From an uncultured Planctomycetia bacterium (GTDB lineage Bacteria > Omnitrophota > Gorgyraeia > Duberdicusellales > 4484-171), in the NCBI GenBank assembly GCA_964489445.1, contig CAZAYU010000001.1:210276-274275 (forward strand): a stretch of 64,000 bases of DNA. Direction: 5' to 3'. The translations under genes were made by a program, and so were the position numbers. Positions 32,002 through 41,600 of this stretch are shown piece after piece (the first letter of the stretch is position 1; the number at the start of each line of letters is the position of its first letter). The notes beneath the pieces are model-generated. The model ran no database searches, had not been told where the DNA came from, and saw only the letters and a program-made list of their open reading frames with translations.

Positions 32002-34044
32002 TTAACCGTTTAAAAGAGCGATAAATTCTGCTTCATTAATTATCATTACTCCAAGATTTTTAGCCTGTGCATATTTTGTTCCAGGATTTTTCCCTTCGAC
32101 TAAAAAGTCAGTTTTACGACTAATCGTATTCACACACTTTCCGCCAAATTCTTTTATTAAATCTTGTGCCTGACGGCGCGTATAGACATTTAGCTCCCCG
32201 GTAAATACAAAAGACTTTCCTTGCACGCTATTTTTCTTTGTGCCAGTCTGCTTATAATAAATATCTACACCAGATTCCTGCATATTATTGATAATTTTTT
32301 TAGTACTCGATAGTGAAAAAAAATCAAGCACCGAGCAAGCAATGACTTGGCCTATTTCCGAAATATCTGTTAATTCATCTTCGGACAAATAAAAGAATTT
32401 ATTAATTTCTTTAAATTGCTCCGCTAAAATAAAAGCTACTTTTTCACCAACATGTCTTATGCCTAATCCATAGATAAAATTAGAAAGCGATCTTTTTTTG
32501 CTTTGTAGTATTGCAGAAATAATTTTACTTGCTTTTTTTTTCTTAAATAGCGGTAATTTAAGCAAATCGTCTTCGGTTAATTTATAAATATCCGCAACAC
32601 TCTTAACAATCTTCTCATCCACCAACGCCCCAACCGCTGACTCACCCAGACCTTCAATATCCATCGCTCCTCGAGAAGTAAAATGGATTAGCGCCCGTTT
32701 AATCTGAGACGGACAATCCGGATTAAGACAATACAGATAAACTCCCGCCGACCTAGAATTATCCATCAAATTACTGTCCTCTGCCCGATCATTAGATACT
32801 TTAGCGCCACATACCGGACAATATATCGGCACTTCTATTGTTTTTTCAACGCCAGTTCGTTTAGAATGAATAACTTTTACTATTTTGGGAATTACCTCAC
32901 CAGCCCTTTCAATTAACACCATATCCCCCTGCTTTAGCCCTAATCTTTTAATCTCGTCAAAATTATGGAGTGTTGCCCTAGAAATAGTAACACCTCCACA
33001 TTCTACTGGTTTTAATATCGCTACCGGAGTAATGATTCCAGTTCGCCCCACACCAAACTCAATCTTATTTATCCTAGTAGTTGCTCGATCAGCGGGAAAT
33101 TTATAGGCAACCGCCCAGCGCGGACTTTTGGAAGTAGACCCCATCTTTTCCTGTAATGAAAAGTCATTAACCTTAACCACTACTCCGTCTGCCTCATAAC
33201 TCAAACTATTACGGTGTTTTACCCAATAGGTACAATACTCCTTAACTTCATCTAAATTTTTACAAACTTTAGCATGCAAGCTAGCAGGCATTTGCCATTT
33301 GCTCAGCAATCCTAAAAATTCCTGATGAGTCCTAAAATTGTATCTGTCGGCCCAACCAAAAGAATGTATTAAACACTTAAGGCCTCTTTTTGCAACCAGC
33401 GAAGAATTTAATAGCTTTAACGAACCGGAAGCAGCATTACGCGGGTTGACAAAGGCGGCTTCTCCTCTTTCTTCTCTTTGTTTGTTAATCTTTCTAAAAT
33501 CATCTTTTTCAATATAAATTTCCCCCCTAACCACAAATTCAAACGGCAAGCCACTAGAATTAACTCTTAACGGAATTGTTTTTATTGTTTTGATGTTCAA
33601 AGTAACATCTTCACCTGTTTCACCATCTCCTCGAGTTAACCCTAGAATCAAAAACCCCTGCTTATACGTTAAGGAACAGCTCACTCCGTCAACCTTAAGT
33701 TCCGCTACATAGCTAATATCCTTTTGGAATTTAACAATTCGCTTAATCCTTTCTTCCCACTTTCCTAAATCCTCAAGGGAATATGTATTATCCAACGATA
33801 ACATTTTTGTTTTGTGTTCTACGGCAGAGAAAGATTTAAGCGGCTTTCCGGATACTCGTTGGGTCGGTGAATCTTTAGTTAAAAATTGCGGATATGTCTC
33901 TTCCAAGGCTTTAAGTTCATTCAATAGTTGATCATATTCCTTGTCAGCTATTTCCGGATCGCTTATTGTATAGTAGAGATAATCGGCACGTTGAATTTTT
34001 TGCCGCAAAAATTTAATTTTTTGTTCAATACTGCGCTTACCCAT
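32002..34044 (-). CDS. ligA: NAD-dependent DNA ligase
   Basis: 680 aa; adenylation KVDG (AELKVDGVSCSL), OB, Cys4 Zn-finger (CPVCGAKV...CLNPDCP), HhH, BRCT. Confidence 0.96.
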   Translation of the reverse strand: MGKRSIEQKIKFLRQKIQRADYLYYTISDPEIADKEYDQLLNELKALEETYPQFLTKDSPTQRVSGKPLKSFSAVEHKTKMLSLDNTYSLEDLGKWEERIKRIVKFQKDISYVAELKVDGVSCSLTYKQGFLILGLTRGDGETGEDVTLNIKTIKTIPLRVNSSGLPFEFVVRGEIYIEKDDFRKINKQREERGEAAFVNPRNAASGSLKLLNSSLVAKRGLKCLIHSFGWADRYNFRTHQEFLGLLSKWQMPASLHAKVCKNLDEVKEYCTYWVKHRNSLSYEADGVVVKVNDFSLQEKMGSTSKSPRWAVAYKFPADRATTRINKIEFGVGRTGIITPVAILKPVECGGVTISRATLHNFDEIKRLGLKQGDMVLIERAGEVIPKIVKVIHSKRTGVEKTIEVPIYCPVCGAKVSNDRAEDSNLMDNSRSAGVYLYCLNPDCPSQIKRALIHFTSRGAMDIEGLGESAVGALVDEKIVKSVADIYKLTEDDLLKLPLFKKKKASKIISAILQSKKRSLSNFIYGLGIRHVGEKVAFILAEQFKEINKFFYLSEDELTDISEIGQVIACSVLDFFSLSSTKKIINNMQESGVDIYYKQTGTKKNSVQGKSFVFTGELNVYTRRQAQDLIKEFGGKCVNTISRKTDFLVEGKNPGTKYAQAKNLGVMIINEAEFIALLNG

Positions 34045-34068
34045 TTATTCTAATTTTTTGATAACATT

Positions 34069-34344
34069 TTACCAACCAACGATTTTAAATCCAATGCATT
34101 TTCCAGTTTCATCATCTTCGACTAGCAAACAATCATTTATATTTTCTTTAAACTCCTGATTAATTTTTTCCAAAAAATTGCTTAAATTCTGAGAATCACC
34201 ACCAGCAATAAGTTCTACTCGACCATCAACTAAATTTTTAACCCAGCCATTTATGTTAAGTCCTAGCGCCAAAGCTCTGACGCTATAACGAAATCCTACG
34301 CCTTGGACAGCTCCAGAAAAGAAAGCGTGGATTGTTTTACCCAA
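34069..34344 (-). CDS. acyP: Acylphosphatase
   Basis: VQGVGFRY and GWVKNLVDGRVE motifs; ORF track start (ATG 34392) lies 56 nt inside fmt. A TTG at 34342-34344 preceded by AAGGAAGGAGA gives a 91-aa canonical-length AcyP overlapping fmt by 8 nt. Confidence 0.8.
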   Translation of the reverse strand: MGKTIHAFFSGAVQGVGFRYSVRALALGLNINGWVKNLVDGRVELIAGGDSQNLSNFLEKINQEFKENINDCLLVEDDETGKCIGFKIVGW

Positions 34345-35266
34345 GATAATCTCCTTCCTTAACTCGATATCCACATGAAAAGGAATAAGCATCCATTTTC
34401 TTTTTTCCTTCAGGCCTTACTTCCTTTATTACTAATACCCCTCTGGGGGTCGCTACCTTAATCCCTTCCTTATTAATCGTAACAATTTCTCCGCACTTTC
34501 TCTCGTTGGTACTTTCTTGAAAGTCAGCCGCTAATAATTGTACTTTTATTCCATTATAATGGGTGTACGCTAAAGGCCAATTTAAAAAAGCACGGATTAG
34601 ATTTCGTAATTCCAGTGCCGGTCTATCCCAGTTTATTTTTGCATCTTGTTTGCAAAACTTACGCGTTTCAACTGCTAAACCTTCATCTTGAGGAAATAAA
34701 CAATAACTATTCTTTTTTATTTTATTCATTGCCTCTACTAAAGTAGGAATACTCGCTGTAATTAACTTTTCTCTCAACGAAAAAAAATCATCTCGAGAAT
34801 TAATCCCTATTTTTTTTTGCACAATCACACTTCCAGCATCAATTCTTTCGTTAATCTTAAAAATAGTAACTCCTGTTTCCTTATCTCCGCGCAGAATCGC
34901 ATTTTCAATCGGAGTAGGGCCGCGATAAACAGGAAGCAACGAAGGATGGATACACAAAGGAAAGATATCAAGCAGTTCTAATAACGAAGATGGAATAATT
35001 TTCCCATAATCAGCGACTATTAAAAAATCAGCTCCTTCTTTCAATATTATCTGGTAAACATCTTTGCTTGTTAAGGACGGAGGTTTTATCAGCCGAATAT
35101 TATTTTCCTTGGCAAACACACTTACTCCAGTAGGGTGTAAGCATAATCCTCTTCCTCTTGGTTTATCCGGTTTGCTAACCACCAACAGAGGTCTAAATCT
35201 ACGGGTAAAAAGAGATTTTAAAACCCTTTCCGAAAAATAAGAGCTTCCAAAATAAATAAATCTCAT
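34337..35266 (-). CDS. fmt: Methionyl-tRNA formyltransferase
   Basis: 309 aa; formyltransferase N-domain with HPSLLPVYRG, C-terminal domain; priA-fmt linkage. Confidence 0.95.
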   Translation of the reverse strand: MRFIYFGSSYFSERVLKSLFTRRFRPLLVVSKPDKPRGRGLCLHPTGVSVFAKENNIRLIKPPSLTSKDVYQIILKEGADFLIVADYGKIIPSSLLELLDIFPLCIHPSLLPVYRGPTPIENAILRGDKETGVTIFKINERIDAGSVIVQKKIGINSRDDFFSLREKLITASIPTLVEAMNKIKKNSYCLFPQDEGLAVETRKFCKQDAKINWDRPALELRNLIRAFLNWPLAYTHYNGIKVQLLAADFQESTNERKCGEIVTINKEGIKVATPRGVLVIKEVRPEGKKKMDAYSFSCGYRVKEGDYLG

Positions 35267-37101
35267 TCAAATATAATTGCTAATTGCATTTTCGAACCAC
35301 GTATACTTTTTATTTCCGCTTTTATGTTTTCTCTAAAGTTTTCTTTTTCCTTGCTTTTGATAACTAATGAATAGCGATATTTTCCTCTTAGTTTAAAAGG
35401 CTTTTCTTTAAATGGACCATAAACATGATCATTTTTCTTTTCTAACCGATCATGTAAATTGTTTATTGTTTTTAAAAGAATACTCTCATCTTCGGACCTT
35501 AGAATAATTTTACCAATTCCAAAAGATGGCGGAAGACGCAATGCTTCCCTAAAACTTAATTCTGACTGATAAAACTTTTCCCAAGAACCGCTCAGAGATT
35601 GAAAAAGATAATAGTCACCATTACCAGTCAACACGTACAAACAATCCTTGAAAAAACATTCTAACTTCTTCAGATATAAAAAAGCATCAAAAGTAACCTG
35701 GTATCCTGGATAGGACAAAGCTCCGTCAATATCTAAGACAATTCCTGTGTCAAACGTCTCCTGTTTATACAAGCTGCTCAAGATTTTAGACGTCGAAAGA
35801 ACTATTTGCGAGTTCAAAGAGCGTTCTTCCCAGCTATCAATTCTTGCTTCTGGGAAATTTTTTCGTAAAATGCTTTCTATTTTTTCAATTCCCCATCCCG
35901 AGACTTTCACATACCCACTATTACACTTATTGCAAATTTGAGAAATTATCACTTTTTGCTGACAATGTGGACAAATACCTTCACGACTCTTTAATGACAA
36001 CTGCAAAAATGATGAACAACGACTACATTTAAAAACATAACCGCAATGAGAACAAAATGCTGTTTTACCAAAACCTTTTCTATTCCAAATAACTACGACT
36101 CTTCTGTCGCGTTTAATTACTTTTCCCAGAATATTAAGCAAAACCGGGCTGATTACTCTACCCTTACTATATCCAGTTAATTTTACCACTTTTATTCTAC
36201 TTTCCGGACCTTTTTTCTCTCTTAAGATCAAGCTGTTTTTTTTAATCATCTGATAAGCCAGCAAAGAAGGATAATTATCACACAGCAAACATTTTATGCC
36301 CTTTCTCTGAGAAATCATAAGAGCAATATCACGAAGATGATAAAACGGCTTTTCTTCCTGAAAATAGCAATGATCGTTTTCTTCCTCAATTACAATTAAA
36401 TTGAGATCATCCGGATAATAAAACAAAGAAAGCCTCGTTCCTAGGATAAGCGTCTTTTGCCTTGATACCTTCCAACCCTCCATGATCTGTTTTTCAGTTT
36501 TTTTACTATGCATCACCACAATTTTCTCGTCAAAGTCATTCTCAATAATCTTTAACGCCGCCTCAAGGTAAGAAAGTTGAGGAAAGCAAATTAACACTGA
36601 CCCAGATAAAAGTTTTTCTTTGACTATTGCTTTCCAAATAGAATACCTCTCTAAAAACCCCACTCCTTTTATAAACTCTCCGGAAAAATGACTTTCCTTA
36701 TCCCTCCTACAAGCTTCACCAAGCCGAAGATCAAGCTTATTCGGTCTTCTTAAATAGGCCGGAAGCATCATTGATAAAAAATCTCCCTTAGGATAAGAAT
36801 AAAAATTACTCAATAATTCAGACAAGCTTACCTGCTCGTAAGTCAAACTAAAAGATACATCTAAAACATCGATTATCGGTTTAAGTTGCTTAACCCTGCC
36901 AAAAATGTTAACAGATGGCACTATATTCCCTTTAGATTTATCATAATTTTTCAGCCCCAACACTATTCCTACTTGTTTTTTTCCATTAAAATCAACTAAA
37001 ACCCTCACCCCTTGCCTAAGAGGTTGGCTCCCAGAATAATAATAATCAAAATCCTTATCCAAGGATATAGGAATTGTTACTTTTACTAATTTAATGTCCA
37101 C
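35263..37101 (-). CDS. priA: Primosomal protein N' (PriA) homolog with degenerate helicase/ATPase motifs; GTG start
   Basis: 612 aa; N-terminal 3'-DNA-binding domain; Cys-rich region CSHC..CSRC..CPHC..CNKC; aligns along helicase lobes with E. coli PriA but Walker A GSGKT->FLERY, Walker B DEEHD->EEEND, motif III SAT->DNY, motif VI GRAGR->GNGDY. Confidence 0.85.
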   Translation of the reverse strand: MDIKLVKVTIPISLDKDFDYYYSGSQPLRQGVRVLVDFNGKKQVGIVLGLKNYDKSKGNIVPSVNIFGRVKQLKPIIDVLDVSFSLTYEQVSLSELLSNFYSYPKGDFLSMMLPAYLRRPNKLDLRLGEACRRDKESHFSGEFIKGVGFLERYSIWKAIVKEKLLSGSVLICFPQLSYLEAALKIIENDFDEKIVVMHSKKTEKQIMEGWKVSRQKTLILGTRLSLFYYPDDLNLIVIEEENDHCYFQEEKPFYHLRDIALMISQRKGIKCLLCDNYPSLLAYQMIKKNSLILREKKGPESRIKVVKLTGYSKGRVISPVLLNILGKVIKRDRRVVVIWNRKGFGKTAFCSHCGYVFKCSRCSSFLQLSLKSREGICPHCQQKVIISQICNKCNSGYVKVSGWGIEKIESILRKNFPEARIDSWEERSLNSQIVLSTSKILSSLYKQETFDTGIVLDIDGALSYPGYQVTFDAFLYLKKLECFFKDCLYVLTGNGDYYLFQSLSGSWEKFYQSELSFREALRLPPSFGIGKIILRSEDESILLKTINNLHDRLEKKNDHVYGPFKEKPFKLRGKYRYSLVIKSKEKENFRENIKAEIKSIRGSKMQLAIIFE

Positions 37102-38151
37102 TTAGAACCTTTCTATTAATTTACGCATTTCGGTTTCAATGCTTTTAACTTTTAAAGGGTACTCTCTTTGCATCGCCAAAGTTTTATCTTTAAAGTAATA
37201 AACCGCTTCAATAAACTTATCTTTTGTTTTTGCAAAACGTGCCACATTATACTTTAATAATAAATCCATATTTACCTTTTCCTGTCCTGGAATATACCCG
37301 GTAAAAATAAACGGTTTTCTTTTGTAAATTCCCTCAAAAACAGTTAATCCTCCCGGTTTGGAAACGATAACAAAACTACAATCAATAATCTCCCAGATAT
37401 CCTCGTAAAATTCGCAAAATCGCAATTGAGAAGACGTCACTGTTTCTAAATATTTTTTGATCCTTCTATTCCCTCCATAAATAACAAAAACATTAAAATC
37501 ATCTAGTAAATACTTTACTACTAATTTTAAAAATAAAAAATTTCCGGACAGAGAAAAAATAAATAGTATTACCGGCTTTTTATTGACAAAAAACTTATTT
37601 TCCAGCCTTTGACCTTCAGCCTCTTTAAAGAACCCTCTTCGCAAAGAAACTACGCCGGAAATTATTCTACGACCTTCAACGCCCCGATTAATTAGATACT
37701 CCTTGGCCATATCTAAAGCCGTAAAATAAAAATCAACACCTTCATCCACCCATAAAGGATGCACTCCTAAATCAGTAATTATCGAGACCAGCTTGAAATC
37801 CCATTCATTTTTTAAGCTTGCCGCCAAGCTTGCCGGAAAAAAATGAGTAGCGATTACTACTTGCGGTTTTACTTGCCTTAAATAACATAAAAAAGAAGCA
37901 AATATTTTTTCTTGAATTTTACTAATGAAATATCCTGCTTGTTCTTTTCCTGCTAAATGAAAAATTACCCGCCAAACAAACGGAAAATACTGTGTTGATA
38001 ACTTATAACTTAAATCGTAGATACGCTTTAGAAATTTATTGGAGAAATCCAATAAATCATAAGAAGAAGCGCTAAGGTGTTCACCTATTGCTTGCGCTGC
38101 TTTTTGGTGCCCTTTGCCGAAACTGGCATAGACTATCAAAATTTTAAGCAT
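37102..38151 (-). CDS. GT28-family glycosyltransferase (MGDG-synthase/UgtP-like diacylglycerol glycosyltransferase)
   Basis: 349 aa; N-terminal ILIVYASFGKGHQKAAQAI resembles MGDG synthase/UgtP N-domain; C-terminal GT-B half. Confidence 0.7.
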   Translation of the reverse strand: MLKILIVYASFGKGHQKAAQAIGEHLSASSYDLLDFSNKFLKRIYDLSYKLSTQYFPFVWRVIFHLAGKEQAGYFISKIQEKIFASFLCYLRQVKPQVVIATHFFPASLAASLKNEWDFKLVSIITDLGVHPLWVDEGVDFYFTALDMAKEYLINRGVEGRRIISGVVSLRRGFFKEAEGQRLENKFFVNKKPVILFIFSLSGNFLFLKLVVKYLLDDFNVFVIYGGNRRIKKYLETVTSSQLRFCEFYEDIWEIIDCSFVIVSKPGGLTVFEGIYKRKPFIFTGYIPGQEKVNMDLLLKYNVARFAKTKDKFIEAVYYFKDKTLAMQREYPLKVKSIETEMRKLIERF

Positions 38152-38692
38152 AATTCAAACAAAGATAATCCGCGGCCTCTAGGAGGTTCTCAAAAACTAA
38201 ATCCGGTTCAAATTCCCAATTTTCCCGGTTAGACTCTTTTTCCTTGCCGGAAAGAACTAATATAGATTTTGATCCAAAATTTCGGGCAGCGTTCATATCT
38301 AGAAACGAATCCCCAATAAAAAAAGTTTTACAGGAGTTAGCATCTAGCCCAGACAATGCTCTCTCCAAAAGCATTGTCCTTGGTTTTCGGCAGTTACAAT
38401 TATCATGCGGATGGTGTATGCAGTAGTATATTCCAGAAACTGACGCTTTCTGAGCAGCTAATTGATTTATCATCTTTTTATTTATTAGTTCTAAATCATT
38501 TTGACTATACAGTCCTTTACTCACTCCCGCCTGATTAGAAATAACATAAACCTTAAAGCCGCAACGATTAAGTTTGGCTATTCCTTCTGCGCTTCCAGGA
38601 ATAAATTTAAATTCCCTGTGGTTATTAACATATTCAGCATCACCAGGATATTCGTTAATAACCCCGTCTCGATCAAGAAATGCAATTTTCAT
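38144..38692 (-). CDS. gmhB: HAD-IIIA phosphatase, GmhB-like (D,D-heptose 1,7-bisphosphate phosphatase family)
   Basis: 182 aa; FLDRDGVIN motif I, ISNQAGVSKG, Zn-site CIHHPHDNCNCRKP, FIGDSFLD. Confidence 0.75.
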   Translation of the reverse strand: MKIAFLDRDGVINEYPGDAEYVNNHREFKFIPGSAEGIAKLNRCGFKVYVISNQAGVSKGLYSQNDLELINKKMINQLAAQKASVSGIYYCIHHPHDNCNCRKPRTMLLERALSGLDANSCKTFFIGDSFLDMNAARNFGSKSILVLSGKEKESNRENWEFEPDLVFENLLEAADYLCLNYA

Positions 38693-38711
38693 TATTTTTA
38701 GCTAGGTAGTT

Positions 38712-39500
38712 TTAAGGAAGATTTATTTTTTTCTTCATCTCCCAATACTTTGCGTAGGAAATTAATTGATAAAGCGAAGAAAAAAAGGAAAACATAAATC
38801 CAATAAATCCATCACGCCAGCCTTGTTTTCTTATATAGGAACGCAAAAACCTATCTTCATACCGCCAAAAAGCATGGAATAAATTCATTTTATAATTTGC
38901 CTTTTTAGGATCATTTTTATAAACAGTCATCCATTTTTTCGCTTCTAGAGTCGTTTGACGATTTAGCTTAGTCAAAAAATCGGTAAAATCGCGATAAGTA
39001 TAGTGAATCATAGGATTTTGAAGATGCAGACAAAGCCCTTCCAAGAATGCTCTTGGATGAACTTCCACTTCTTCCCAACGAAATTTATCTCGTCGGAATA
39101 ATTTTAATTGAGCACTAGGATATTGCCCACCCCATTTTAACCAATAATTTCCTAGAAAATTTTTTCGGGGAATTGTAAATGCTGAAGCTTTCGGGTCACC
39201 TTTGAGAACGCTCGTAATTTCTTCCTGCAACTTGGGAGTAATTCGCTCATCGGCATCCAGGCTTAAAACCCAATCAAAACGAGCTTGCGAATAAGCCCAA
39301 TTACGATAAGACCCTTCGATGACCATTTTTTTTGAAAATACTTTATCTGTATACTCTCTGGCAATATCTTGAGTTTGATCATCACTTTGATCATCAGCTA
39401 ACACAATTTCTCCAGCCCAGCCATAAACACTTTCTAAACATTCTCGGATTCGAGAAGCTTCATTCTTAGCAATAATTACCACACTTATCTGTCTACTCAT
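38712..39500 (-). CDS. Family 2 glycosyltransferase
   Basis: 262 aa; VVIIAKNEASRIRECLESV and DADE (DxD) of GT-A fold. Confidence 0.8.
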   Translation of the reverse strand: MSRQISVVIIAKNEASRIRECLESVYGWAGEIVLADDQSDDQTQDIAREYTDKVFSKKMVIEGSYRNWAYSQARFDWVLSLDADERITPKLQEEITSVLKGDPKASAFTIPRKNFLGNYWLKWGGQYPSAQLKLFRRDKFRWEEVEVHPRAFLEGLCLHLQNPMIHYTYRDFTDFLTKLNRQTTLEAKKWMTVYKNDPKKANYKMNLFHAFWRYEDRFLRSYIRKQGWRDGFIGFMFSFFSSLYQLISYAKYWEMKKKINLP

Positions 39501-39590
39501 AGTATGCTATACTAACATTATTTTTTTTATTTTTCAAGCCTGATCTTCGCTAGGCCAGTAATACAAGCGAGCGCCCTTCTCGATAAGAAG

Positions 39591-40298
39591 CTAAATACTG
39601 TTTTTCATTAGACATTTCTGATAAATTTCTTTCCTGTCAAGCTCTCGATGCTCCCCCGGTTTCAAGCTTCCCAACAATAAATTACCAATCCTTGCCCGGT
39701 GCAACCCCTGAACTGCAAACCCCATCTGCCGAAATAATCTTCTCAGATGGCGCTTTTTCCCTTCATGCGTTACTACCCGGCAATACGTTTTATCCTTGGC
39801 TAATTCGTCAATTATTACTTTATCTACTTTTAGTAAATCTTCCCGACATTTTATACCTTTCTGAGCTCTCCGACATTCATAAACAGTTAGTACTCCTTTA
39901 ATAGTCAATAAATACTCTTTTTCCACGCAAAAACGCGGATGAGTCAGTTGATAACATAATTGTCCATCATTAGTAAGCAGCAATAACCCGCTGGAATTTT
40001 TATCAAGTCGACCAACAGGATACACTTCTAAATCCGGGAAAAAATCTTTTACAGTTTTTAAAGCAAATTTATCACTTAAAGTAACAGTAACCCCTTCTGG
40101 CTTATTAAACAAAATATACTTAAATTGTTGTATTCCTAAAATTTTACCTTCCACCTCTACACGGTCGCTAAGCGATACATCAAAAAAAGGCTGATAGATT
40201 ACTTCCGAATTAATCTTTACTCTACCTTCCTTAATAAGACAATCCGCTTTTCTCCGCGAAACATATCCACTTTTAGAGATAAAATGATTTAGACGCAT
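39591..40298 (-). CDS. Pseudouridine synthase, RsuA/RluB family
   Basis: 235 aa; N-terminal S4 domain, catalytic VGRLDKNSSGLLLLTNDG. Confidence 0.88.
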   Translation of the reverse strand: MRLNHFISKSGYVSRRKADCLIKEGRVKINSEVIYQPFFDVSLSDRVEVEGKILGIQQFKYILFNKPEGVTVTLSDKFALKTVKDFFPDLEVYPVGRLDKNSSGLLLLTNDGQLCYQLTHPRFCVEKEYLLTIKGVLTVYECRRAQKGIKCREDLLKVDKVIIDELAKDKTYCRVVTHEGKKRHLRRLFRQMGFAVQGLHRARIGNLLLGSLKPGEHRELDRKEIYQKCLMKNSI

Positions 40299-40352
40299 AG
40301 TTTAACTGTTATTTTAAAGCCAAAAATTTCTAGATATATTATTACTTTTTAA

Positions 40353-41600
40353 CTACACAGGATAAGCAAAAAGTTTATTATCTGCTATTTTTTTTATTTT
40401 AACTGGAACGATTTTTCCTAAAGATATCCTCGGCTCTACATAAACTCTCAAGTAATTCTCTGTGTAACCAGACACAAAGCCACTAGTTTCTTCTTCGCCG
40501 ATTACCTCTAGCACATTACCAACAAAACCGCTCATATACTCTACGGCAAAATGATCGGTTAACTGCTTAATGATTTTATAACGTTGACGAATTTTTTTCC
40601 GATCTGTTATCTTTGCATTGCAAAGCAAAGTCTTCTCTCGAGGAGAAAAAGAAAAAATGTGCGTTCGCATCGGCTTAACCCGCCTTAAAAAATCTAACGT
40701 ATTTTGAAAACTCTTATCATTCTCCCCCGGAAACCCAACCATAATATCACAGCTTAAAGCAATATTCGGCTTTATTTTTCTTGCTTGATCAACAATATCT
40801 TCGTAAAGTTCTACGCTCTCCTGTTTATTCATCGCCTTTAATATCGAGTTATCTCCATATTGGAAAGAAAGATGAAGATGAGGGCAAAGTTTTTTCTGAG
40901 AAAAATGAGACAATAATTGATAATCAAAAGAATAAGATTCTAAAGAGCTTATTCTCACCCTACCTAATAATGATAAGTTTAAAATTTCGATTAATAAACT
41001 GTTTAATGTTTGCTGCGACGTCAAATCCCGTCCATAAAGGCCTAAATTTATCCCACAAAGCACAACCTCATTGTGTAACTTTGAAATAACTTTAATCTCA
41101 GCGAGAACATCTTCTAATTTTCTACTACAAGAAGGACCCCGCAAGTAAGGTATTTTACAAAAAGCACAATAGTTACTACAACCATCCTGAACTTTAATAA
41201 ACGCCCGCTGGTTAGAAAAGCAACTCACCCTTAAAGACCAAACACTCTCACTCGTTGGCTGCTTTTGTTCAGAAACAAGCCCCAAAACTATTTCCGGCAA
41301 TAAATGCTTTTTGCTCTGAGGAATAACATAATCTGTGTTATGCTTACTACTTAGACTCCCAGGCAATTGGGCAAAGCACCCGCACGCAACAATTTTGGCT
41401 TTTGGATTTTCTTTTTTCGCCCGAGCCAGTGCCTCTTTAGATTTTCGATCAGCATTGGCAGTTACGCTGCAACCGTTAATCACACATAAATCAGGTTTTT
41501 CTTCGCATATCAGGCAACCCAATTTTTCAAATTTCTCTTTTAACGCCTGTGTTTCATATTGATTAACCTTGCAGCCGAAAGTTATAAATTTAATTCTCAT
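40353..41600 (-). CDS. mtaB: Radical-SAM methylthiotransferase, MiaB/RimO family (MtaB-like)
   Basis: 415 aa; N-terminal MTTase Cys triad (FGCKVN, NGCSV, CGC), radical SAM CSNYCAFC, C-terminal TRAM. Confidence 0.85.
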   Translation of the reverse strand: MRIKFITFGCKVNQYETQALKEKFEKLGCLICEEKPDLCVINGCSVTANADRKSKEALARAKKENPKAKIVACGCFAQLPGSLSSKHNTDYVIPQSKKHLLPEIVLGLVSEQKQPTSESVWSLRVSCFSNQRAFIKVQDGCSNYCAFCKIPYLRGPSCSRKLEDVLAEIKVISKLHNEVVLCGINLGLYGRDLTSQQTLNSLLIEILNLSLLGRVRISSLESYSFDYQLLSHFSQKKLCPHLHLSFQYGDNSILKAMNKQESVELYEDIVDQARKIKPNIALSCDIMVGFPGENDKSFQNTLDFLRRVKPMRTHIFSFSPREKTLLCNAKITDRKKIRQRYKIIKQLTDHFAVEYMSGFVGNVLEVIGEEETSGFVSGYTENYLRVYVEPRISLGKIVPVKIKKIADNKLFAYPV

